From Catajapyx aquilonaris (taxonomy: Eukaryota), in NCBI GenBank assembly GCA_000934665.2, contig KZ538016.1, forward strand, positions 124,001 through 161,084: a stretch of DNA of 37,084 nucleotides, given 5' to 3'. A program made the translations under genes and the position numbers. How positions within the stretch are numbered: position 1 is the first letter of the stretch; every line of letters starts with the position of its first letter. The notes beneath the pieces were generated by a model. It ran no database searches. It saw only the letters and a list, made by a program, of their open reading frames with translations, and had not been told where the DNA came from. Of the stretch, positions 11,101 through 25,600 are shown piece by piece.

Positions 11101-14100
11101 CCAAGGCAAATATTGATGAGCAAAACCAAAGCGCCCATTATTAGCTTATACAGTTCCTGTTAATTGCATTGAGAGTTTAATTCGCACGCAATATTGCGAC
11201 ACCCCTACATGCCCCGACATCGCAGTGCAGTGATTCCCAAATTGCTAGTTTAATTGAGCCGATGAAAAATTGCACGTACACCTCCGCAAACTTGCACCCT
11301 CCTGTTGCCAAACTCGTACATATTTGCAGGAGGCAGACTCGGCATCTCTGGTTTACAGCTTGCCAGGGAGAGGAGCGCATTACGATGCTGGAGAGCATAG
11401 AAAAAGATGCAGACACGTCAGCTTGCAACAAAAAAGGGATTCGCAATATCCTTTTTTCTTCAGGGTCCCCACAGGCAGGACGGAAAAGAAAATCGGGTCG
11501 CACACCTCTTAGAAGCTTTTCGCGACGCACATACATGCTCAGACTAAAAATTCACACCTTCGAGGCGACATTTATTTAAAAAGGCTTGCAGCAGCCAACT
11601 CCCACTGCTCATAAAATACCTTTATTGGATTATTTCTCGAGGATTACGTCGCCTTTGCACTACATATGATCCTGAATAGCCAAAATGAATTATTTAAAAA
11701 CCAGATTTACACTCTATCAATCTAGTTCCATTCCCAACACGGCACACTCAAAAACAATGTTATTTGAAGATTTATTCTTCCAGCCATGCATTGCAAGGCT
11801 GGAACAACATGGCTGGCTCACTTGTGTAAAATGAAAAATTCAACAACTATGGGCCAAATTTTGGCCATAAAATACTGCCTCCACAATATAGGCTACTACG
11901 TCACAAAAAATCACTCGCAAGACTAGTATTATTGCTACTTGGTAGTATACAGATTCAAGAGCTTCTTAAAATATTAGCAGGGTCGACTGCACCACAACTT
12001 ATCAAACTGGGAAGCAACATATTCTGAACAGAATTCATTAGAGGAGCATCAATAATTATGCTCAAACCGAGCGCGATGCCTTTGAGTTCCTCCTTCACAG
12101 TCTAACCTCACTTGAAACCTTTATATGGCCCGCTCTTATACACCCAGGAATATTCTCCCAAGAGCAATGAAGCCTGCTGCAAAATCCTTAAACTGCCTCC
12201 TTTTGCAAATGCGGTTGGTATAGTCCTATTTCGTGGTGAACGAGAGAAAAGCATAAAATGCAAAGGTGCATTCACCCGGTAGCAAATGAACCTACTGTAC
12301 TGTGAAAACTGATAATTTTGGTCGTTGGAACTGCTAAATGAAGCAAATCTAGTTCTTGCAAAATAGATCACCACAATGTAAAACCACACATTGGAGCTTG
12401 GGTTGCTGCCTTGATTCCGACTGTGTGATTGCAGTGAAGAAAACAAATGTTGCTAACATGTTACTGAAAATACACACATCAAATCAAAGATTGCAGTGTT
12501 TGTTAACCTTGGTAGCTGACTGCTTTAACTAACCACGGGCGGAGGTTTCAATAAGCTACTACAGTAATGGCCAAAACAACAACAGCAATCTTAGATTAGA
12601 CTGTCCACAGCATAGCTTATAGGATGTCAGCCCTTGGCAGCACACCAGAAACCGATGCGTCAAGTATTATCGTTGGCAGTTAGAATTCATTTACTAAGTA
12701 CAGGGCTACTACAGTGCAGGGATGTGGACGTGAGATGGCGGTTTGGAGCATAATTATGCAAGATACTTTAAGACTCTTAAGTCTCCTTCCTGCTGTTCAG
12801 AATTTACACATTTTCCCTATACAAATTATGTCAACAACACAATAAAAATCGTGATGTTAAACGTACATTCTCGGGGAAGTATTTGTAATATGACCATCTC
12901 GTCCGATCTCGTCTAATGCGATTTTCAGGGGGCATAAATGGAACCTCATTTCATAAAAATTACAACACGATTCCAGCTGTTATAACTGTACTATCGCGTC
13001 ATTAAATTCGCGGTGGCGAGGCTGCTAAAGCATTCGGACAATCATATCAAATAAGTTACAACAAAATGGGAGCAAGTCGCTTGAAAAATATACTTTTTAA
13101 TTTCATCTGCCTCATTTGTGTAGCGAGGTAAATGAATTTGCATTAGCTAATGAAGAAAAACGAGGATATCAGTGTCAGCCCGAAAAATCCCAATGGGGAA
13201 ACCGAGGCAATGCGAGTTCAAAATGTAATATATTTTGGTACAATGAAAATATTAAGCAAAAGTGCAAGTAAACGTTCCAACAAAAAAAAGGCTAATTACC
13301 TCGTTCCATTTCCATACTACGTTTAGTCACTGATTAATTTTCAAGCCTCATCATACTGAATATGAGTTACCTACTGATGCGCGCACAAAAAGTTGATCAT
13401 TTACAAATTCATGATATGTAGCTTACAAAAATATATGAAAATTATAAACGCATCGGAATGAAAACAGCGCAACATTTTGTTGGCCACGCAGACCAGACCC
13501 TCGGAATTTTACTAACCACACTCCTCGCTATTTGCATACAGCATTTACGCGTGTGACAGCCAACAAGTATTCAATTGGACAGCCACTCGAAAATTCTGTT
13601 TTCCGTACCCGCAAAAAGGCACACAAAAAACTGGTAACTGTCACTTTCAAAACACCATGCTTTAATGGCTCCCTTCAAATGATATACCGTACTGCAAAGT
13701 CCACATTCAATTCTATCTGGATTGTTACCCTGACACGGATGAAACCATGCCTCGCTCGAGAAATGAATAATGAGAAAAGCTCCTCTTTTCGCCCAGGCTG
13801 CGAAACAATCAATGATACCAAACCTATTCTCTCATTTATATCGGCGCCTAACAAGTTTATTTGAGCAAGAAAACTTGCTCTACGCCGCAGTTCCTAAAAC
13901 TTGCACACCACAACGCTCCGGGAGGGAAAAAAAACCCTTCCAACCCAACCAGCCCCAAACACGCAGAATGGGGATAGGACATTCACCATGCTCGTCCTTG
14001 CGTACACGGACAACGCCATTTGGTATTCGTTTGTGTCACCACGCAATTTATCAGACGCTCACTCGGCGGCTAAACAAACCAATTTCCTGCGCCATGATTT

Positions 14101-17100
14101 CTGCACCGATGACTGGAAACACGCACAAATGGACTGCATTGTTTAGTAAGCAAGCAAGCAGCCGGATTGGGAACCGAGTTGTCAGAAGCAAGCTTCCTGT
14201 GGCTTTGATTTCGGGATCTCTCCCATTCCACCTGTATGGTCAAGCTACACCCGGCCACTGGGTGTGCTTTTCCATGGTCGTCCATCAGGAAGCCGCACAA
14301 AATTACCCTCGGGACCAGCAATCGCCAACACGTCCCCAAAAACTACGACCGACTTCCTGGGGCTCATCATTCCGTAGCCTTCAGGGAACACTCTTCTGGT
14401 ACCGCAGCTATTACGCTGCTCCAAACACGCCAAGGTCTTTTTTGCCTCTCCCATTTTTTTCTCTCTCTAGGAGACCTGGTTTTCCCGGCGGAGGTCACCT
14501 CCGGAATTTGTCCAATAGAACTTGGTCTCGCCCTGAAAATCCTGGGCCCTTTCCTATTCCTCATCAGCAGCCGAGGCCTTGACAGGGAGAGATAGTCTAT
14601 GCCGCTGTTTTTCCGAGGCGCTAAACCCGAGGATAACCAAACAGAAGAGCACCCAGAGGACTCGGCTCCCACCGTACAGTTCGCTCTTGGGTAGGCAACA
14701 AAATTTACTTTTACACTGCCAGGCTACCGGTCTGGGCGGCGCCACTGAATGAACTGTGTCATTAATTACCACAAACGCAGTTTACGGCCCCACAAGAACC
14801 GTGGTAGACACTACTTCCGAGGAGGTTCTACGCAAATTAAAGATCAAATCCCAAGATCCCTGAGGTAAGAAAACCTCAACGAATTAGTACGGGCCTCTTT
14901 AACCTACATGTCGTCTTAGGTACTGTATACATGCACATCAACGTGGTTATCCCGAACCCGTGCATGGATACCCCCAATATGCTGTGCAGAAGCGATTTTA
15001 TCGCTCAAACAACAATTTTTAGTATAGTTGTTGTTACTAATAATGTGTTACAAAAGTGAAAGTTGTTTCCTCTAGCGTTAATTTTAGCTGTGACAATCCC
15101 AGTCGGTAAATTGCGATTATACCATTTTTCCGGTTTACAATTACCAGAGTGTGCAAAAAGTTGTGTTATCTGTTGCTGGCAGGGCATTCCCGTCACTGAA
15201 AATACCTTGATTTGCATTAGTTTCAAATTATAATGAACGTACAGTATTCCATAATGGGTGCATGCATCATATGGATTCTATCCTTAGCGTACAGGCAACC
15301 AGCATAACATATGAAAGACTGAAAACCTGTCACATTTAGGCTACAACCTGCACTTTACGTATGCAACGAGCACGCATTTTCATATCGTTTTGTGTATCAG
15401 TCACTGAAACAATAGAAAATCTCAGCTTTCAAACCTGGACTTTACGCCTTAAGCTGGCGATAGAGGTAAAACTGAGTTTCACATTAGTAGAAGTTATGCC
15501 TAGCAGAATTACTGTAGCACTTAAGGCTGCAGATGACCAGGGCAGCACCCAACCTGTAGTGTCTCCCTGGTTACCACTTCGCCCCCACATCTTTTAATTC
15601 GGTAAATATTTAAATACCCCTGCCTTTTCACCCCCTGTGAGTATTTTGTGGCGAACGTTGACCCCAAGCACCGCATAAATTCCTGCGATGTCCTCTCTTC
15701 AAAATTAGACCATACATATACTGAAAATGAACATGCGAAACGAGGCACCCCCAAAATGGCGATTTTCTATGACGTTTCCCTCTCGGGCACTTTTCAATCC
15801 AGAATAGCACCCCGATGCCTCATTATCAAGAAGCACATTTTCAGCAGAAACGGTCTGCCATGCAGCCCCTTTACCAGTATACAACCAAACGCTATACAGC
15901 AACATTGCATCCTGCGCCTTTCACGCTTCCCCAGGAACCACGATAAAATTAATCCTCCCCTGCATTTGCAAGGCAAAATTAGATGCCTCCTCAGACCATA
16001 GCAACAGCTAGGTCTCTGAAGAAAACTGCGTCCATTATCTCTACAAGATTTGCCTAACGCATTGGGCCACCAGTCACACTAGCCCCAGGCATCACGCTCC
16101 CTAGGGTTAGCAACAGTCGCGGTAATTACGCCGTTAAGGTCCATTTCTTTCTCCTTTACGGGCCTGAGCCCAGAACAAGACCGTTCTTAAGCCCACTAAT
16201 TCTCCAGCAGCGTTAAATGGGGTTTGCTTTATGAGGAGGATGAATCAAGAACTCCTCCATTTCAAAGCCCTCGGTGATGATATGTGGGCGCCAATTACGA
16301 CGTATTGAAAACCGATGCGGTCCGGAAACAACGAGCCTCGGTAATTACGCCCCCGATGTTTGCTTATCGTTATTCCCCGGGAACACAACGCCGTCTAATG
16401 AGTCTGTGACTGCCAGGACCCACATTAGCCATAGCCAACTGATTGCCTCAATGCACAAGAAGCAAGTGGACCTCCCCGTATATACCTTTTATACGACTCC
16501 GGATCTTATTCGGGCGGGAATCCCATTCGGCGCGCATGACGCAGTAACATTACCATTGCAGCAGCACGTTCCGCCGCAACTCAATTTCAAGCCTCAACGG
16601 ATACACATAAGCACATAGAATGTACTGCACCTCCCTCTTTATTTCTCCGCACCAAAGAAGAAAAGCAGTAACGGCGCCGGAAACTTGGTTGCCGGGTTAC
16701 CAAGATTCGCTTCTTCTTACGCAGCATCACGAAGTTGAGCTCTGCGCAAAATTCCCTCCGGGTCGACATTACCTAGGGACTTGTGGAGTGTTGGCTGCAA
16801 TGCGCGGAATTCAAGTTGCTGTTCTGAAGCCCATTCGAACTCTTTTTTGCGTCACGTTTCCTAAATATAGCAGGGCTGAGGTTTCATTTGGGAGCGGACA
16901 AACCTTTCCGAATCGAATAAATTTGGGTTCCCACGCCATTACTCTGGATGGTTTTGCATTTCATGAACAAATCGCCGCGGTTATAAAACGCCAATGCCGA
17001 CGAATCATGCACTGTCCTGGGTGATTCATAGGGGACGCCCCACAGCCGACGCAACGTTTTGCATCGAGGGCTCACGAGCGGAACAAATAAACGTAATGCA

Positions 17101-18907
17101 ATGGATGGGGATCCCAGCACAAGTCACGAAGATAAAAGTGAAAAATATATGGCACTTGGGCAACCCTTAACATTTCCTAGACATTGATAGAGAAAGAAAA
17201 ATTAGACCACGGGATCCCCTCAAAACAGCTTCTGCCTTGCGGAATGTGGGCCATAAATTTTGTGCCAAATTCATGTGAAAGTGGTGAAGCGGCACCTCGG
17301 GTCTTAGTACCAGGTAGTCCATTTCTTTCCCCAAATATGGTCCTTGCCTACATCTCCTCATAAAATGCGGGCAGAGCAAGGGCAGGTCCCGCACACTTTT
17401 CCGCCCTCGACGCACTGCACGATTGGACACAGTGCACTTTGGAGTGTGATGAAAGCTGGCCGTAAAGCGGCAACCTTCCATATAACTTTACACACTTGGC
17501 CTGAGTGTATAATCAAAGCGGACATCCCAAGTCGAAGAAGGCGGGCTAAGGCACTTTCTACCGCGCAGCACAGGCGCAGGCCTCGCGTTTACGGTAATTA
17601 CTCCAATTCAAGTTTATTACATATGAGAAGTGAACCTCCCGCTCCTGCTGCCTCTCTTGAGATATTGCGCCATAAGATGCGCCTATAACCAGGCAACGGT
17701 GGTCTGGAGGCCAAGCCCGAATGAGAACCTCGTCAAGTTTGAGTCGACACACCACATCGACACCTTATCACGAGGCCCCCTTCTGCTTTGGCCCACCGAA
17801 TGTCTGCCAAAGACAAGTGTTGCGGAATCAACCGCCAGACCCAGCTCTCGTCTTGCTGTACAAAGCAGCGAAATTAGGTAACGCTCTGTGTTCGTGACAT
17901 ATTGCTGGAGTTTGCCGATAATTCGGTAATTCGTACTGTACTATGACATTGCAAAAAACAGGCAAGCAGCATATATATAGGGCTTCAGCTCCAAACTTTC
18001 GGCATACGGAAGGTTTTAAAAAAGAGTTCGCATACGCATTGCAGAGCCTCAGCAATGACCATCGGTCATTTGTGGGAGTCTGCTGCTAATGGCATGTCAA
18101 ACGCATTTAAAATATAGGCACACAGGCCACGATTGAGCAATACAGACCGTGACTGCCTGCTCGATTGCGCACATGTCTGTCCATTTCATACGCCAAAATT
18201 TCGGATGGTTTATTACATACAAATATTTGATTAGTATTGGCACATGACACCGTGTGCTCGCATTCCGTTGGCATACTACAGTAACACAAACAGAAAGCAC
18301 ACAAAGCGGAATAGTTTACATGACCTACTACAGTATTTACACGCATATACTCCGTTCCCACTTTCACGCATAGTGCAACAGCCTGAAAATGACAACCCCC
18401 CCAAGCCTGATGCACATGGAATATAAATCTCCAGCTCCAGGGTTATAAAATTTAATGAAGTAGTCTACATTCATCTTCCTGCGTCGACCCCGGCAGGACA
18501 AGGACGCTGCGCTTTTCCGCCCGAGAAGTAAACAGCCAGAATAATCTCATCCCAGCCACCCGTTTACACAATTTTGCTCATTAAGAAAGTTATGCGCGCA
18601 AAAATATGTTCGCAGTCAAAAAGTTGGACATCTTCTACGGGGCAGTGGTGACGAAGCTGCGGCAGTACGCACATTTTACAAAAGCAGCATAGTGCAGTGG
18701 GCCTCGCACTTAGCATGCACAACGCCTGGGTGGTAATTGTCCATCAGGACAATTTTTACTGTCGGTTAAAGGCCGTTACGGTTCACGGTCTCCCAGCTCC
18801 GAAGGCAATTAATTCCACCTGCAGTTCAATGTAACGGAGCTAGGTCGCCCTGCTAAACTGTTGCTGAACATTACACGACAAGTGAAACCCAGCTTTATAG
18901 TCAGCCA

Positions 18908-18942
18908 AATTACCTGTTTGAAAGAAAGAAGAAAAAAAAAAA
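18908..18942 (-). other. Candidate recursive splice (ratchet) site: polypyrimidine tract-CAG|GTAATT
   Basis: The minus strand reads TTTTTTTTTTTCTTCTTTCTTTCAAACAG|GTAATT, with the junction at 18914/18913, in the aPKC sense orientation. Confidence 0.4.
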
Positions 18943-21900
18943 GCCCTGAAAAAAATAACTTCGTGCATAATTTGTCACAAAGTGCCACAATGTAAAGCAC
19001 GATTCGTGGCAGGAAAATTGCATTCAGATTCACTTTTATCACGCACGCAATTTACGTACAAAACGAAACTTTGGCAAAATAGCGCCAAAATGAAGGCGCC
19101 ATGCCTCCTTTTGGATAACCCCCTTTCCTACTCCTTTTTTGAGAGCCGCATTGACTTTAAAATCAGGCGGTGCTTGAGGGAAAGGAGGGATCGTCCCTAC
19201 AGGATTGGCTCCGACTAATGTAAATCTGCTTTGCCAAAGTTTACGTTGATGGTCACAATTGTCCCTCTCCCCCGCCCTGGAGGCAAAAGATGCAAATCGC
19301 CTCCGTCGTGATTCATCAGGAAGTCTTGGCTCCTACGTCGCAAACCCATCCCCCTCATTAACCGGATTCCCTTCCATACCCACGAGACTACTTATCTTCC
19401 ATGTCACATCCTTCAAAGCCCATTTAACTCAGTCAAGCAGTTTTTAAGGTGCCGGGCTCGTCTCCACAATGGATGATTTTCAACTTATTTCCCCAACGTG
19501 CATTCGTTTCCGCCAGAATGCTTCAGATTTACGTCTCTTCACACTGTTTCCAACGGCCCTCGAGTTTCCGTTCCTACTGCCACAACGAGAGTGCAATTAG
19601 CTCAACTTAGGCAATAACGGTCGATTAACTCGTCAGATAATTACACTAATACTCTGCCGAAAAGAGCCAAGTACTACTCATGAAATGCTCCTGAATCTTC
19701 CAGCCAAACTTCGATGACTCTAATCTCCTAAGGACCAGCAAGAAAGAAGCCAGATTATACTTGACACGATCATAAGTTATATTCCAATTTTCACAACAAC
19801 CGACAAAATTCCTCGAAAATCTAAATGACACTGACAATAACTTCAACAGCGTTGTCAAATCGAGGCATGGACTGAACAATTTCACAATTTCAGTCAATTT
19901 GAAGTCTTCAATAGCATGTCCCTTTAAAATACGTTGACAAACACGACATCGCTTAAACTGTAACGTCGCATGTTTTGCGCAATGTGGACTCCGGAAGGCC
20001 AACCCCGAGTTACTGGCGTCCCAAGGCCTTTGGAGAGAGCCAAGAAGAGGCTTAATCGGCAGTGCCGTGAACAGCAGTAATTTCAAAGTTAAGTTTGAAG
20101 CTGTTCACCGGAGGTGGCGCATACAATTCATGTCGAGATAGCTCAAACGACCCTCAGGACGAAATGTCATCAGAGCAAATGCTAAATAAAGGTCTCCCAG
20201 ATGTGGGGCCCCCCCATGGCGGAACAATGACGTAAATAAATAGCACTCAGAGAATAGTCTGCATGCACGTCACCTTTGCGACAATAATTTCTCAGTTAAC
20301 AAATCAACTCCGCAATTAATTTCCTCTCGTGCTGATCTAGGCCTGCGCTCATTAATTTTGCAAGCCTATCTAAAAAGCACCTTGGCATAACAGCCCCGGC
20401 TATTATTTTACTGCTTTGCAAAGTAAAACGACTGCAAGTCTAGTCGTTTGCAAATGCTAGCTGTAGGAGAGCAATTAGTGCACTCAACTTTTGCGCCCCC
20501 CTTTGAGAAGACTTGCTCTAGTGACCAATTCAATAGGCATTGTTTCAGAACTTTATGCTGGAATAACCATCAATAAGCCTGTTTTCAACTTTGTCCTGAG
20601 ATTAAACGGTTGTGCGCATGAGTTCTTCACCATTAGCCTTTATAAGGAGAAACTCATTTATTATACCCCCGGAGATGGAGGGAAGAAGAAAAAAAAAAAC
20701 TTCCCAGTGCTAGCCCGAAGACTTTGTCACAGAAATGACACTTACAAATTTCTTTCCGGTCGTTTCATGCGGCGAATGGGCAAGTACTCATGCCTACATT
20801 CTCAGAAGGAAACTCGATTTAAAAAAAAGTAGCTAACAATAGTAGAAAACCTGACAATACCAAGGATGTATATATCCAATTACAATATTTTCTTTCCACA
20901 AAACAACGGCCGCATGCTGACTTTCGTCTTCGGCAGGAAAATGATACCGCATTGTAAGCTAACAAAAGCGCAAGAAATAACGTGACATCTTTTCTACATA
21001 ATAAAGTTCTTCCAGGATCAAGTCAGAACACAACAAAGGAGCAGAATTCTCATGATGGGTATAACTCAGGGTTATTCCGAAGACAAAATTACGCTCGGAA
21101 GATAGACGGACGGGTAAGTAGGGCGCATTACCAAGGAAGGCGTTTTTCCCCCAGGTGGGACAGGTATGATGATAACATCATGACACCTACTCATCTGTAA
21201 TGGCACCGATCCGTCACTTGCACACTTACATCACGAATTCGGCTTGTCTTGCACTAGGTAACTTTTCAACTCAGGGAGATGGAGCGCTCCCTTGGACATT
21301 TTCCTACAGTTACGTATGCCGACGGCCTGCCGCATACCCTATATTTCAACTTGACTTCAGTAAAGACTCGGCAAACTTTGCGCTAGAATATATCCAGGAG
21401 CCTGCAATCAGCGCATAATGTGTACCGCAACAATCGCGAGGATATAGGAATTCTGTGCGACAGAGATAACTGCCCTAGTTATTGGCTCGAGTTAATCAAG
21501 TTACAGCATATAGATGTCACCTGGGCGACAACGCCAGTTCATTAATGCAGGCCTATTGCAAGCACCTGTAATTATGCCGGCAAGTGCCACTCATGCTCAT
21601 CGATGTGTAATAAAACGTTTCGTCTCATTACTAGCCTACAGATTACCATCGATCAGGCTCCCCCATCAAACTGACGACCGCATGACAACAACCACAAAAA
21701 CATGCCAATTATTCTGTCAGAGTGTTATTATCTCTCCACTCCCTAACAAGAAATCTGGCCTGGGAAAATCATATGCTATCAAACTTTCTCAATGCATATA
21801 AGTACGTACAACTTCATCAACAAGTCAACTACCAATTTAGTGCAGCTATTCATTATGAAAGCAAGTCATGAAACTCGCTCTCGCCACAACAAACATCAAG

Positions 21901-22562
21901 CCCATCCCTGCGTGCAATTCAGCATAATGGATCCGCTGCCTCAATATATTCACTATCCCTAAATGCTTCATGGAATTCCTGTGATATTACGATGCCAACC
22001 CCTCCCCCCAATGTATTCGAAATATACTGGACAGCGCAGCAAACATTGCATTCCAGCATCTGAATTCCAAATGCCAGTCAATAGCATCCCATGACTGAAA
22101 ATAGGATGAGAATAAACTGGTCTGATGGCGGAAGAAGAAGCGCAGAGACGGCTTAGGTGTCGCGGGCGTAAAAATACAATCAGTTTCTTCGGTTTGGAGT
22201 AAACAGCAACATAGATTCCGGTCACAACCTCGCTTGGGCTCACTCGCCAGGCTCTAAATACATTTTGTAGATGCTATTCCAGGCACAAAGAGCGGCCTCT
22301 ATACCCTACCCTACTTCGCTCTTGATCAATAACCAAGAGGATTTCCTTTCTGTGGGATCGGGCCATTCCTTGTTTAAAGTTATATCTTCCAGAAAAAAGT
22401 GGGAGAAAAAAAAAGAAGCCAGAAGGCAGCGCTTTAGGCACTCTAGTGTAGGATTTCGTTTCTATATGCCCGCTATACCTTCTTGGTAGTTTTGATCTCG
22501 TTTGATCAGCCAGACCTACCCGTCGGGCAAGCAAATCAATTTATAAAGGAGACCCAGAGGAA

Positions 22563-22611
22563 GAAAAAAATCAGGAAGGGGGGAAAAAAATCAGGAAGGG
22601 GGGAAAAAAAT
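22563..22611 (+). repeat. Tandem repeat of a 20-bp unit GAAAAAAATCAGGAAGGGGG (about 2.5 copies)
   Basis: Two identical copies at 22563-22582 and 22583-22602, plus a partial third. Confidence 0.9.
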
Positions 22612-25600
22612 GAATGTGGCCTAGCCTCAGGCCCTCTTTCACTCCTTTTGCAATATTAGTTTTAATCAGAACTTCTCTTTGTGGAATCAACGGATCAGCT
22701 CAACCAGATATCTCCCAAAGCAGTATTGCACAAAAAAAAACGAGGGCAGAAAAAAGCTGCACCGTCAAAAACCTTATCAGCATCAAATTTCCCGAGCCAA
22801 GTAGCCCAGTCAGCTATTTCTTAATTGCCTGGTAAGCCGGAAGCTTCAGCCTCATTACTCTTATTGGACTCGCCATTCCAATATCAAAAGTGGCCTTTGG
22901 CGTATTGGGTGTAATGAATGTTTGTTTTCAAAATTGAAGGCCGAGGTAGAAGATGCGAGATGGATGGCGCCCCCACTTCAACTGATCACAAGGCGACCAA
23001 TTCATCTTTCACGGGGTGTATGATGTCGAGGGTATTTTTCAGTCGGTTTTTAAAATTGTATTTTAACTGCATTCATACCATCCCACAACAATGTTAGGAG
23101 CTACATACATATCACATACTGGCTGCATATCGGCATGAAGGTCTGAAAGCAGTGCTGGCAAAATTTTCAATCGGGTCAGACCCCTCGCTCTGCATTGCAC
23201 CTTCATCGTAGTCGCATATTCAGCACAACGATCCAATGCGACTGAAGGCTCGCCCTTTTTTCCGGCATCCAAAAATGGCCAGTGGGATCTCATCCTGCTA
23301 GAAATTTACACCGGCTATTGCAATGCTTATTTATTCATCTCTCTTCCTACCCATGTGCAGAGAAGTACTTTTCTCCACAAATTATTAGGCCCTTGGGACC
23401 CGAATTGGTGCGTATATCATCTCCACACGGTTACAATGGGCTTCTACCGAGCAAGTGAGATGGGAAAGTCTGGATGTAAAAAAAAGTACCCCGCCTTTTT
23501 ATGTCCTTTACACGAGCTGCTGATTGACGCAAAACCTCAAATACCAGAAAATTGTGTTGCCTTCGTATGGGATTTTAAATAAATAATTTATTTTAAACAT
23601 CATAATTATATTATTTATTTTTTTGAATAAATTAGTCGATTCAGGAAGCCAAACACGCAGTTAAGAGCCTGAGATGAACTGGGCCTGAGAAGCAATAAAA
23701 GGAAAACAAGAGGCGTTGAACCCCTCTGGCATACGTTTCGCATCTCAAGTGCAACAAATTGCAGCCTGTTTGCCAATTTCCGGTTCATTAATTTACGGCA
23801 ATAGCGACCCGTCAGAGCCCTCGCCTCAGCTTTCCGTGTCACCGTCTTACTAATGAGATCATGCTCGTAATTAATCGCATGCAAAATGAAAAATATCCCA
23901 AGGGCATTGGCCAGGTAATCCACGTGTTAACAAGGCATTTGTCAAGTCCTAACAGCGGGCACGAGACAATCATTTAATTCCAATCTAAAGACCCTGGGAG
24001 ACAGATATAGATCCGAATTCTTGTTTTAGACGGTACAGTACTACGCACGCACTGCAAAATTGAACGTGGGGTCCAGTATACAGTCAAGCTTGACCATCCT
24101 CTCTGGATCCCAAATGATGCCATGAAAAACCCAAGTCCACCAGAGAAAAAGGTCGGAGTCCAAATCTGATCGTGCAGACTAATGCAACTTTAATCAGTAT
24201 AAGGAACACAAACTCCTTCGGTAAATCCAAAGAACTCGAGGAATCCCCATCCATTCCATCCATCTCCTACTTTTCGACATTTCCTCCACAAGAAAAAGGC
24301 AGCCTCTCCTGAACTTTAGTCGGAAGGCAGCTCGATATTAGAATTGATTTTCGCGGCCAATCTGACCACAAGAAACGGCCGTCTCACACACAAAAACGGG
24401 CTTCTAATGTTCTGGGATGAAATCCGCAAAATATACCGCGAATTCACGTCTTAATTTCTAATGTGGCCTTAGTGGCTTCCCCTGAAGCCCTTTCCAAACT
24501 GATGCTATCACCTCTCTACGGGCCCAGAACTGACATTGGCTGTCCGCCTTTGGGGTTACGGGCCTGTAGGCCAGCTTCTCCGAAGCAGTCGATACTTGAC
24601 ACGTACAATATTCCTTCGTGAACCTTCACTTCGTCACGCCTCCTGGATCAGAAACTTACAAGGTAAAGGAGGGCTAGTCATAGGGGAGATGCAGCATGCT
24701 ATCGATTGGCACAAGCTTTGAAGATATATTTTTGCCACATATACTCTACAAATATGGAGAGCTGGCATCAACAATGCAATGATGACAATCTAATTATTCT
24801 AAACAGTCCAGTTCCATAGAAAAAAGTTATGGATTTTTCCCTCCAGCACCAATCCAAAGAGAAGCAATAATCACAGCAATTGCACGTAGTCCTGATTGGC
24901 CCCTTCAATTGGTTGCGTGAGTATAAACATTCCACAACTTCTGAGACTTGAGCAGTGCAAAACACGACGGACGCCCTCACTGATGGACGCGTTTCCCCGT
25001 GATTTTGCTAGGCAGTTCCACTGTGAAATCCAATGCACAATCATTCAAAGAGCTTGCAAGGCGCATTGAAAGTTTAAAATTGCTTTCACAGCACCAGCTT
25101 TGCGCCACCGCACTTTCCGGAGAAATGTGCATTGTATAAGTTGTCTTCTTCAAATATTCGGGGTCGTACTTTCCATCCTTTTAAGCAAAAGAGGGCAATA
25201 GAACTCATTCGCATTCCAATAGACCGTTCCCATTGCCATGATGAAAATCCGCCACAAAATGGTAGCCTTTATTCCCGGATAAAGTAAGCCCCAGCAACCG
25301 CAGTAAGGATTAGAATCATATTTGACCCATTAATTTGACGCGATAAATCAGAGACCCACTTTCAAAGCCGAAATGAGAGCAAATTCTCCGAAAATGGGAT
25401 CAACTGCCGTCCCTGTTCATTTCGCCCTGACTGAATATTACACGCCCTAGAAAATGGCCTAGGGAGCATTTATCATAACACGGCCGTTTCCGCACTTTTC
25501 CGCAGGCACCCACACAATAATGTAGCATCGTAAATGCGCTCTGACACGTGACAAGGAATGAAAAACCGCTGGAGAATTTTCGCAAATGTCAGCTCAGTTG

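Noticed and set aside
14545..14580. Hammerhead ribozyme core (CTGATGA...GAAA on the minus strand; similar near 3815-3840)
   Set aside because: No stem II can form between the core boxes, and the flanking stems do not pair.
15165..15210. VFSVTGMPCQQQ in ORF 15005-15226 as the missing aPKC exon 4
   Set aside because: Only VF and GMPC match. The FP..P..PG spacing, the GED ending and a suitable donor are absent.
22563..22611. CRISPR-like repeat
   Set aside because: The copies are directly adjacent with no spacers, and the context is eukaryotic. It is a simple slippage duplication.
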